From the human T2T-CHM13v2.0 reference genome, Homo sapiens, in the NCBI RefSeq assembly GCF_009914755.1, contig NC_060942.1: a stretch of DNA of 64,000 nucleotides; one strand, 5' to 3'. Each line of letters opens with the position of its first letter. The stretch's first letter is position 1. This document shows positions 40,474-51,750 of the stretch, piece by piece. The position numbers and the translations under genes were made by a program. The notes beneath the pieces were generated by a model. That model was given only the letters and a program-made list of their open reading frames with translations. It had not been told where the DNA came from and did no database searches.

Positions 40474-41924
40474 GTAGTTTTGTTTTCTAAGGAAAAATGA
40501 GAATATTCTCAGTTGTTTCATGGTGTTTTTATGAATTAAATAATAATAGAACAAAAATGATAATGATATCTGTAATTGGTCAACATTTATGATATGGTTG
40601 GTGCAACTCAATGATTTACACTGGTTGTAAATGTCTAGCATGGTGACTGCCACACAGAAAAGTAAACATTCTACTTTCTCTTATTTATGGCAGTGAAGAG
40701 ATGCTGAAATAAAAATATGGTGCAATAAGGAGATGCAAAAATATAGAAAGTAAAAAACTAAAGAGATAGCCCATAAAAGGAAAAAGAAACACCTTATAGG
40801 AAGTAGGGAAACTTGTCCAAGACTCCCTACAATAGAGGTAACAATCAGATATGGAAGTAGTAAGAGCACAGTCAGTAACTAGTGCCCAGGCTGAACAGAG
40901 GAGGACATATTTTACTGTGAAGTACTCTATAGGTTTCTTTAGCCAGAACTGTCACAATGTGTCTGAGGTTTTACTGACATGTGATCCCATAGTTTGCATA
41001 GTGACTATTATTAATATAATTGTTTTAACAATATTAATAGTAAAGGTTATCATGAAGTCATACACAGCATTATGTTGACTGTTTTTTATTTTCTTTTTAG
41101 CTTTCTGAGTTAGTGACACATTATTGCAGCAAAACATATGTAGGGTCAATTCATGCTGAATAGTTATTAGAAACCATGATAACAAAAGTCATTACACTGC
41201 AGTTCAGTTTTGACAGTAAAATTTCTGCAACATTATCACAAATCCTCATGCATTAGTGCAATGATCCTTACTATAGTTTCATATTAGAATCAAAAGATTG
41301 CTGTAGCTTGCTTGATTCAAAAAGTCAAGCAAGCCATATTCTTTTCTGCTTTTACAGATAACATTTTTGCTCTTTTTCTATATACATCATGCAGACAGTA
41401 GCTTTGTTTTATATACTTTTCTCAATAACCTAGGAGTACAGTGCATATATCTTTCTTTAAAATATTTTTTTCTTGAAAGACCACACAATTCTGATACCCT
41501 GTACCAAGGGAAATAACTAGAAAATGATTTTATATCTGACACAACCTCACAAAATTCTAAACACTATAGCCACTGCATTGTTACTTTTCTTTTTCTCAGA
41601 TAATGTATTGCCTGTGTGTGTTTTATTTGTTAATCAGTGATTTACTATGATGGAAAAGTACAAGGTTGTAAAAAAGAACATTTGTCATTTTCAGGATTAT
41701 TTTGATAGGAAATCAGTGAGAATTGCTCTTCAACTGACAAAAGGAAAGTATTTTTAATGTCTATCTGTCCACAATATTTTTCCAAAGTCACTTATTAACA
41801 AACTCTTAAAGGGTCAGACTGTACGAGTAAATTGCTTTACTTGAAGTCCATTTCAAGAAAGCAGGAAAAAATTTAACTTGTGAATTAGTGTCTAGTGAAT
41901 TAGTTGAGGAACCTCCCAAAATCA

Positions 41925-42271
<347 letters not shown>

Positions 42272-42417
42272 AGAATATGAATACTTAGAGCATAGCATGC
42301 AAAATACATTCTCTGGAAATTTGGATACGGACAAAATTCCACTTAGTTTAGTATAATTGAAATGATTGTGTGGCTCACTATGTTACTAGAGCCTCTCATG
42401 ATGTAAGAATCCTTTGA

Positions 42418-42572
42418 AAATGATGAGTTAATGGGTGCAGCACACCAATGTGGCACATGTATACATATGTAACAAACCTGCATGTTGTGCACATGTACCC
42501 TATAACTTAAAGTATAATAAAAATATATATAAATAAAATAAAATACGTATTCTAAAAAAATAAAATAAAATA
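42418..42572 (+). mobile_element. Very short young L1PA (approx. L1PA3-5) 3' end
   Basis: 'gagttaatgggtgcagcacacca...tgtgcacatgtaccctataacttaaagtataataa' followed by an A-rich tail. Confidence 0.93.
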
Positions 42573-42834
42573 ATCACATCTAAGTTACTTGGTATCTGTT
42601 GTTTTAATTCACTCTTGGTTAACAGAAAGTGATGATTTTACAATGTGTTCTGATTTCATATAATCTTTCTTAATACAAGGTAATAAAAGTCATTCCTATA
42701 AGGATTCCATTGCCACGGTTGAGGTTATTTCATAATAGTATAAAAATAATGATAATAATACCTGTTTTGATTCTTATTCTCTCTTCATACATACTAAACA
42801 ATCTGTGAAGTATGCTATGTAATCTCATTTAATA

Positions 42835-43075
42835 ACAACAATAAATGTAACTGAAATACATGTAGAACTTACTACGTATCAAAGGCTGTTAGAAATCTTT
42901 ACATGTATTAAATTAGTTGTCAGAAAAGCTGTATCAAGTAGATTCTGCTGTTACTCTCATTTTACAGATCAGGAACCACAGGCTCCAAGAGGTAAATGAC
43001 TTGCTCAAAATCATAGCTAGGAAGCAAAAGGGCAGGATTCAAACCCAGGCAGTCTGGCCCCATGCTACACTGTTC
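42835..43075 (-). mobile_element. MIR
   Basis: 'cattttacagatcaggaaccacaggc...aaatgacttgctcaaaatcatagc...ggattcaaacccaggcagtctgg'. Confidence 0.88.
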
Positions 43076-43249
43076 TGCCCATTTTATAATCAAATCCTTG
43101 TTGAAAACACCATTTGTGCATATTTTGGTAATGTTCCTTAGAGATAAAGGGTATGAATACATTAAAGCTCTTGCTATATGTTGTCAATTTGTTCTTCATA
43201 GGGAGCATTTCAAAGTACAATATCACCATTGGTGAAAGTGTCAATTTCA

Positions 43250-44310
43250 GTGCTTCCTCCAAAAACTAGATATTATCATTGTAAGATATTATGCTAATCT
43301 GGTGGGTGCAAATGCTATCCTGTTGTTTTCCTTTCCTTTTTTGTTTTTTACTATTAAGGATACTTCTCTCCCTTTTATTTATCAACTTGCTTTGTATTTT
43401 TTAAAATATTCAACACAGACAAGACATACCAGGCAATACTTATTTAAATACTTTCTTCCTGATTCTACTAGAGAAGTTATCTTTTAAGGGACAGAGAGTA
43501 GCACTCCATGTGGTAAAAATATTAAGTTCATGTTTGACACAGATGTTGAAATATTTTCCCATAGTTTTAAACCCACAGACATTTAATTTTCATGTCAGCA
43601 AATTTATACATTTTCATTTTAAAAGATTTCTTCTTTTTCATGATGTTGATAAAAACTCTTCTCATTTCAAGATCAGATACCTATTCAACTACATTGTGTG
43701 TTTATATTTAACACTCTAACGCATTTGTGGTTTTTGGCATGGTTCAAGGTAGGATTTATTTGCAATTGCCCACAAACATACAGTAAGCCTTGCACCATTT
43801 TGTTGAAAAGACTATGCTGCATTTCTTTGCATTTTCACATTTTTATACAATAAATTGCTTGGCATATTGGGACTTTTTTTTTCTAGCCAGTCCTTGTGAT
43901 GCATTGAACTTTTTGTCATTGTTACAACATGTTCTTGTAGCTTTATTGTTTGTTTCAGGACAAGTTAGAACAAATATTCCCTCATTTTCTCCATAATCCT
44001 TTAATTTGTTTTCATGTTCCAGTACAGAATGGTTTTATCAGCGTCCAAAAAATATTCTTTTAATTTGTTTGGAAGTGCTTTAAAATTATAACATGAAGAT
44101 GCCAGATTAACCAAATTAAAATGTTGGGTATTGCTATGGCATGTGCTGTTTTATTGTCTTTTCCATCTGTAAAATTTTACAGGTTCTTTTATGAAGATTA
44201 CAATGACATATTCCATATTAGGTATTTCTGGGAAATTTTTGGCTGTTGTAGCTATTGCAAATGAGATCTTTTCATTTATATATGTGTTCTAATTGGTGTT
44301 TGGTGGTATA
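43250..44310 (-). mobile_element. Ancient L1 ORF2 remnant
   Basis: 'gcaccattttgttgaaaagact' and 'gctattgcaaatgagatctttt'. T-rich strand. Confidence 0.6.
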
Positions 44311-44324
44311 AGATTCGGATTAAC

Positions 44325-44624
44325 GGCCGAGCACAGTGGCTCACACCTGTAATCCCAGCACTTTGAGGGGCCGAGGCAGGCAGATCACGAGGTCAGGAGT
44401 TCAAGACCAGCCTGGCCAACATACTGAAACCCCGTCTCTATTAAAAATACAAAAAATTAGCTGGGCGGGGTGGTGTGCACCTGTAATCCCAGCTACTCAG
44501 GAGGCTGAGGCAGGAGAATTGCTTGAACCCAGAGGAGGAGGTTGCAGTGAGCCGAGATTGCGCCACTGCACTCCAGCCTGGGCAACAGTGCGAGGCCCCG
44601 TCTCAAAAAAAAAAAAAAGAAAGA
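44325..44624 (+). mobile_element. AluSg
   Basis: 'gatcacgaggtcaggagttcaagaccagcctggccaaca'. TSD aagattYggattaa at 44310-44323 and 44625-44638, where the mismatch is a CpG decay. Confidence 0.96.
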
Positions 44625-45075
44625 AAGATTTGGATTAATTTCTCCAATTCATGTGTCATTGCTGAGTCTATCCCTCATGCCTGGTCTTATACATGTATAC
44701 ATACATGATTTTCTACCGTATCATCCTCTGTCAGTTTTACCTGGGCATTAGATGTCTTACCATGGTGCTATTCCTTCATTCCTTAGGGCCTCTGCATGTT
44801 TTTCTAATGGATTATCATAATGTCTCTACTACTTACACTTCTGTCCTCTCTACCCATAATTCATCCCATATTCTCAGGTTGCATACACTGTTTAATACCT
44901 ATTATAGAGTAGAGGATCATGTTATAATCATATAATCACACTACAATTTGATACAAGAAATGAAGGACACATATTTATCTAAATAATAGAAATATTAGTA
45001 GCCATATCTTCTATATGCAAAATATAGTTTGTAAAAAACTGTTCTAGGTGCTTTATATTTAAAACGTATTTTTGG

Positions 45076-45492
<417 letters not shown>

Positions 45493-46167
45493 TATTGTTT
45501 TATACAACCATCCTGCTAGGGAGATATTCATATTCCTTATTATCAGAGGTTCATGGGATTAAATAAGCTGTCTATAGGTTTTCCATTTTACCTTCAATGA
45601 CGGTTAAATTTTGAAGAAAAAAGAAATGACTAAAGAAAATATTTAGCATATAAATATACATTTTCCATATTAATATTTATTTTAATAAATGATTATAAGA
45701 TGTAGCTCTGTAGATTTGTGAAAAGATTAAAAATGAGTTTTTCCAAATGTTTATGTCATTGAGATGCATATGCACAGCTCAAAATGAAAAAATCATTAAC
45801 AGATAATCCCACAGAATTGAAAATCAATTGCAGTTATAAGTCATGTATTAGATAATTAGAAAATATACCTATCATAAAAGGTGTATACAAAAATATTTAC
45901 TTGTTTTATTGTAATTTTTTAAACATAGGTTTTAAGTGATAAAAACAATACTATTTCATTTTATTGCTCTACTACAGTATCAAAGAAAGTCAGCATTCTG
46001 GATACCTGTGGATTCCCAAAGAACATATTTATTTGAAAATATTCCAAATTATTCTATAGCTTTATAGGTAATATAAATAATACTTATTTTTTATTAAAGC
46101 TATATATCAGCAGAATATCATGAAAGTAGAGTTTGTGACATAGTTGCCTCTTATTCTCTTATGTTTT

Positions 46168-46219
46168 ATATATATGTACATATATACATGTATGTATATA
46201 TACATATATAAATATATAT

Positions 46220-46252
<33 letters not shown>

Positions 46253-46277
46253 GCGAGAAAGAGAGAGAGAGAGAGAA
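46168..46277. repeat. Compound (TA)n/(CA)n/(TA)n/(GA)n microsatellite
   Basis: Read directly. Confidence 0.95.
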
Positions 46278-46552
46278 TAATATTTTCCAAGGTTTAATCT
46301 ACTAAACACCAAGTCAATCAGTAGTAAATAGTTTTCCTGAGAAGAAAGAATTCCAGGGACAATAGAAAATTCAGGGTTAACAGAGTTAACAGATTTCTTA
46401 ATATTGAATTTCTCAGAATTTTAAATATACAAATGCAGTTTAAATCTCTAAGAAGGGGATATAGTACACAGTGTGTCATGTTATATATATGTATATACAC
46501 ATACGCATGCACATTACATATATATGACATGTAAATTCTGTCTCTCTGTATA

Positions 46553-46762
46553 TCAAGGTTTATTAACCTCAGCTCTATTGACATTTGGGCTGGAGAATTT
46601 TGGTGTGTGTGAAGGGGAGAGGGACTGTCCTGTGCATTGTAGGATGATTAGCAACATCCTTATTCTTGGCTTCTGCCTTCTAGATGCCAGAGGCAACCAA
46701 AAATGTCTCCGGACACTGCAGGATATCCAGATATTCCTTTGGGAACAAAATAGCTATTGGTT

Positions 46763-46764
<2 letters not shown>
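46553..46764. mobile_element. MER20 (hAT-Charlie)
   Basis: 'aacctcagctctattgacatttgggctgga...ggactgtcctgtgcattgtaggatg...caaccaaaaatgtctccggaca'. The right TIR runs into (CA)n. Confidence 0.88.
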
Positions 46765-46810
<46 letters not shown>

Positions 46811-46846
46811 AGCCATTGGTTGACACACACACACACACACACACAC
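46765..46846. repeat. Two (CA)n tracts (~20 and ~11 units) separated by a duplicated 19-mer
   Basis: Read directly. Confidence 0.95.
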
Positions 46847-47299
46847 GAAAATTTTATCTTAAATATTTTTGATATACTAGAGTCCATCATCACACTCAAT
46901 AAATCACTCTTAAGGTGTGGCTAATATTAAAAACAAAATGTTCATTGCTATGCCACTCTACCAGAATAAAATCTCAAAACTGCATGAAAGATACATAAAT
47001 TGAAAATACCCTCAAAACTGGTATTGGACTGAATAATTGGTTTGATTTAAGCCAAGTTTACTTCTTTAAAATATTGGCCAGCAATAAACTCCCAGTCTTA
47101 GTATTTTCCTCATGGAGTTTGGACAACAAAAGGTAGATTCACTGAGATAAAACAATAGTCTATCAGCTGTGTACTCCTGTCTCGGGCATCCCCAAAGCTC
47201 TTCACAGGTCTCGTGAGGAAAACTCTTCAGAGAAATGGGACAGTATAAATTTAATGCAAACTTATCAGTCTATAAAGTGTGATAATGCCTTTAGAACAA

Positions 47300-47353
47300 G
47301 TGTGTGTGTGTGTATGTGTGTGTGTGTTTTCTAAGAAACAGGGGCCAAAGCCA

Positions 47354-47390
<37 letters not shown>
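47300..47390. repeat. Two (TG)n tracts
   Basis: Read directly (47300-47327 and 47356-47390). Confidence 0.95.
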
Positions 47391-47394
<4 letters not shown>

Positions 47395-47981
47395 ATGTCC
47401 ACATGCCTGTGTTCTAAGAAATGGAAGCAGAGACACTGATAGGGTCTTCAAATAGCTGTTACAGGGAAAATTATTATTTTATGGTTTTGCTATGAAAGAA
47501 GTGAATTTCTATCTACATTAAACAAGCAGACAGAATTCACTATCAAAGCACAGTTATATGGTGTGCAGGACAACAAGCAATACTAAATACTTATAAAAAT
47601 GAGAATCAAACAGCTTTCACATTTCTCTAGGAAAATAATTAATTGTTTATTGCTAGAACTGATATTGACTCCTAAGCACATCGATACAAAGTGAGTATTA
47701 AAGAAAACTGTGGTTGAAAGTTGATGAGAAAACTTATATAATCTATAGATGATACAATTCTTTGAGAATTTAATATAGAAATGTTGTCCAATGAGACCTA
47801 GGCAAGGTAGGTTAAATAGCAAAAATACACAATTCTTCTCTTGGTGGGGTGAAGAAAGGATGCTGGAGAGTTCTGATTCTACATTATAGTCTAGGAAAGA
47901 ATCTCCTGGACTCGAGATCACAACCTTTAGCATGGAAGCAGAGATAAGGTGGCACATTTCTATGTCTTCTATAGTATCTTT

Positions 47982-48410
47982 GTCAGCTTTATAGTAAATC
48001 TTGAAGTTGGGTAGTGTTAATCCTCTGACTTTATTCTTCAATATTTTGCTGGTTATTTTGTGTCTTTTTATATTTCATATAAAATTTAGAATTGATTGAT
48101 ATTCACAAAATATGTTGGGATTTTTATTGGGATTGTATTGACTCTATATATCAAGTTGGAAATAATGGATATCTTAACAATATTGAGTCTTCCTATCCAT
48201 GAATATGGAATATCTCTCCATCTATTTAGATCTTCTTTGATTTATTTCTTTCATTCATTTTGTGCTCCTCATCATATAGATCTTATACATATTTTGTTAA
48301 ATTCACTTTATTTGTGTGTGTGTTAATATAAATGGCATTGTGTTTTAAATTTCACATTCCAATTGCTCATTGCTGGTATATAGAACAATTGGTGATTAAT
48401 AATATATTTT
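47982..48410 (-). mobile_element. L1M ORF2 fragment
   Basis: Peptide KNKVRGLTLPNFKIYYKA at the start of ORF 47583-48041, plus 'tattgagtcttcctatccatgaatatggaatatctctccat'. Confidence 0.88.
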
Positions 48411-49044
48411 GAATAATTGAATGAATGAATTACAAGTGTTCTATGAGGATCAGAAGTATTCCCTAGAGGCCAACACACTGCTGCAGAGTAGTCCTCTAAT
48501 TCTTGTCTCTGTAATTCCTTCACAGGCCCAAATCATTTAAAAGAGATGCTTACATCTCAGCTATTGGTCCAGTCAAACCTACCACAAAAATCATAGCATA
48601 TGCTTATCTGCAGTTTATTGGAAAGAACATTTGAACATGAGTAAAGAAAACTAAGTTCTAGGACAACATTTCTTCTACTTAATTGTGTAATGTGTTAAAT
48701 CACTAAGCCACTCTGGCCTCCCTAAGATTCTTCCTCTGTAAAATTATTTTTTAAAGAGGAGGGCAATATTTCTAAAGGCACTTCTAGTTAGAAAGTTTTA
48801 CAATTTAGAATTATGAAACCTACCTAAAATCCCTATGAAAATTAAATCTCCTCCAAATAAACAGGTGGCCCTTTCCCCAGAAAATTACTGAAAAAGTGGC
48901 TCCAATGAAATAAAATTACAAAAACAACTAGTGAATCAAATAATCTATTTCAGTTGAGCACTAGAGATATCATATATAATTTACATGTTTTTTTCAAAGC
49001 TTTACATAACCTGATTAGCCATGTATAGGACTGTTTAATTAATG

Positions 49045-49300
49045 CTATAGTAAAGTGGTAGTATTATAATTCTGAAATAGATTAGATATAAGAAAAACCT
49101 GAATTTGATTCCCATCCCAGCATCTCCCTCTACTTGAGCAATCTTGTGTGACACTCAATGTTAGTTCTATATCTTACATTGGGAGAGATGATAACAGTAA
49201 TAGCAAATTCCCCAGGATTATTGAGAGACACTAAAAGATAACATTTGCAAACAATATAGCACAAATACTTTGTCCACACAAGTATTTGTTACGTGTTGGC
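49045..49300 (+). mobile_element. MIR (degenerate; another lies at ~48625-48790)
   Basis: 'acctgaatttgattccc...ccaggattattgagag...gataacatttgcaaa'. Confidence 0.55.
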
Positions 49301-50194
49301 TGACTCTGTAATAATTTTCATTCCCTTAGTTTGAAAGCACTGAGATTTGTAGTAAGGAAGGGTAAAGCTTTACAAATGGCTAATTATATAATTTAAAAAA
49401 TATATTTTAACACATTTTGGAAGCCATCTTGTTTTCAACCAACAGATCACTTCAATATCTGCGTGCTTGCTTAACTTACCTTTCTGTGCAGGCACAAAGA
49501 ATCTGGGGTGGCAATTAAAACAAATACATGGTGACTTCATCAAAATACCCATGGACTTTTTTTAACTTTAAAGATAAAATATTAAAAATGACATATTTTT
49601 ATAAAAAGTATTTGAAAGCTTCTAACAAAAATGTCTATATTCACACGGAAGTATAATCTGTTTTTCAGAGATTTTCCTTCATGTATTTCTAGTGTTTTAA
49701 TTTTGACATCTGAGAAGTCTTAGATTGGATTATTTTCTATCATTACCCATGAACAGGGCAAATAAGAATTTTGCATAATTGCTTTTGCCTCTTTCTGATT
49801 TTTAAAGGCAAGAATACCCATTGCTACAAATTTTAAAAGTACAGGAAAGTATCAAAGATAACACAAGCAAATAAAGCAGACAAAATATTAACAGTAAGAG
49901 AAATACTATAGCATTCTAACATTTGAGACGTGTATATAAGATTGTGTCAAGTAAGGGGACATTATTTTCCATTTGTTTCACTCTTTCATTAGGTTTTCTT
50001 TATTACTCTTGGCATAAGAATACAAAGAAGTATGAAAATGTATACTTTGTATAGAGAGAATAATAGTCCCTAAGAAGCACAATAATTAAAATATAATTAT
50101 TTACTATGCCAAAAGGAATTCATGTTCAGAAGTAATGAAATTAGTCTAAAACAGGAAAAAGATGCACAAAATTCCTAAAAGTGAGATCCATTAT

Positions 50195-50610
50195 ATCTGT
50201 CAAGGGAATTCAACAAGGGAATCAGAGACTGAATAGTGCTTTTGTGTACCCAAACTAAACTGGCCAAAGAACTAAAACCTGCATACATGGGAAATGCTGC
50301 AATATCAAGGAAATGGACTAAAATATTAAAGAGTTTTCCATTTTTGTTGGCCAAATTCCATCCTGTAAGCAGTGCATTAGACGCTAATGACATACGATTT
50401 CTCACTGACAGATTTAACAGCATCAATAAGGCCTCTCTGTCCATTGCAGCAAATTGATCCTACATGACACTGACAAGGGCAGCCTGCACTTAATGACCTC
50501 CATCGCTGAAGGATGAAAATGAAAAATGATTGGAAGTACAAATAAATCTTGAAAGTTTCCCTGAAACAGGTGTGCTAAAAGTGATTCGTTTGAGGGATCA
50601 CAAACATAAA
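50195..50610. promoter_or_regulatory. Candidate conserved non-coding element / developmental enhancer
   Basis: Non-repetitive. Dense TALE (TGACA/TGACAG) and homeodomain (TAATGA, ATCAATAA) motifs and retained CpGs. Conservation not verified. Confidence 0.5.
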
Positions 50611-51109
50611 CCCAATCTCCCAGCAATCTCCACTGTCTGTTCCTACTATAGTCTCAGTCCTTGTATCTTGCATCAAGATTTGCTTTAATTCCAAAATGAG
50701 ATCAAGATAATTTTGCTCTTACTATGAAAATGTGATGTTAGGGCTTTCTCTTAAAAAGCATGGGGTCTCCACTATTTATGCATGTATCGAATGTATTTGT
50801 CATTTGCCACCAAGTGATTCTTTATAAACTGATAACTGCAGATAACTGCACATATAATTTATTTTTGCTCCCCCCCGATTAGAAAAGGAAATACAGTATA
50901 GTCAATGATTATTTTCTGCTTCTCAATTATGAACAACAAATAGAACATATTTAATTTCAAATAACAATGTCAAATGCGTGAAGTGATTGGACAAATTCTT
51001 CATAGATACATACATGCCCTTTCTTTGAGTCCTGCAAAATGGTTTGAGGACACTAAGATTTTGGCAGATAGTTGTATTATCAATTCTTTCCCAAACACAC
51101 TTATTTCAT

Positions 51110-51111
<2 letters not shown>

Positions 51112-51151
<40 letters not shown>

Positions 51152-51395
51152 AGACGGAGTCTCACTCTGTTGCCCATGCTGGAGTGCAGTGGTGCATTCT
51201 TGGCTCACTGCCATGTCCGCATCCTGGGCTCAAGTCGTTCTTTTGCCTCAGCCTCCTGAGTAACTGGGACTTCAGGGGCATGCCACCACATTCGGCTAAT
51301 TTTTGTATTTTTAGTGGAGGCAGGGTTTCACCATGTTGGCCAGGCTGGTCTCAAACTCCTGACTTCAGGTGATCTTCCCACCTTAGCCTCCCAAA
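51112..51395 (-). mobile_element. AluS (Sx-like), 5'-truncated by ~35 nt, with a 39-nt pure tail
   Basis: T39 at 51112-51150. The body ends at 'gcctcccaaa' and lacks 'gtgctgggattacagg...'. Confidence 0.95.
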
Positions 51396-51614
51396 CACTT
51401 GTACCTTGATGTATCTTCATCTTGCTATCATTTCAAGATTTTAAGAGAAAAATGCATTCTTCTCTTTCCCAATGTATTCAGAAGCTTTAACTCTCATGAG
51501 AGTAGACGGATGGCAAATAGGGAAGTACATAGGGGGATGCCAGATGAATGTAATAATTACTTACAGTCGTATAGCATCCCTTAAATTTTAAAGTAACTTA
51601 TTATGAATGGCTCT

Positions 51615-51750
51615 TTTTTATTACTTACAAAGTACTCTGTGAGGTAAATCTTATTTTATAGATGAGAAAACTGAGGTTGGAAAAGGCAACTTGCCAAGCT
51701 CACGGAGCTAGTAGAACTTGCATTAAAATCCCACCTTTTGCCTTCCCAAC
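51615..51750 (-). mobile_element. MIR
   Basis: 'attttatagatgagaaaactgagg...aacttgccaagctcacggagctag'. Confidence 0.8.

Noticed and set aside
46746-46846. Repeat-spacer-repeat pattern as CRISPR-like (also 36343-36397 and 56091-56174)
   Set aside because: Only 2-3 units, the spacers are microsatellite or absent, the context is eukaryotic, and there are no cas genes.
50175-50626. Three overlapping ORFs (89, 73 and 67 aa) on both strands as a coding exon
   Set aside because: No recognisable protein, no convincing flanking splice sites, and partly non-ATG starts. Better explained as a non-coding element with balanced base composition.
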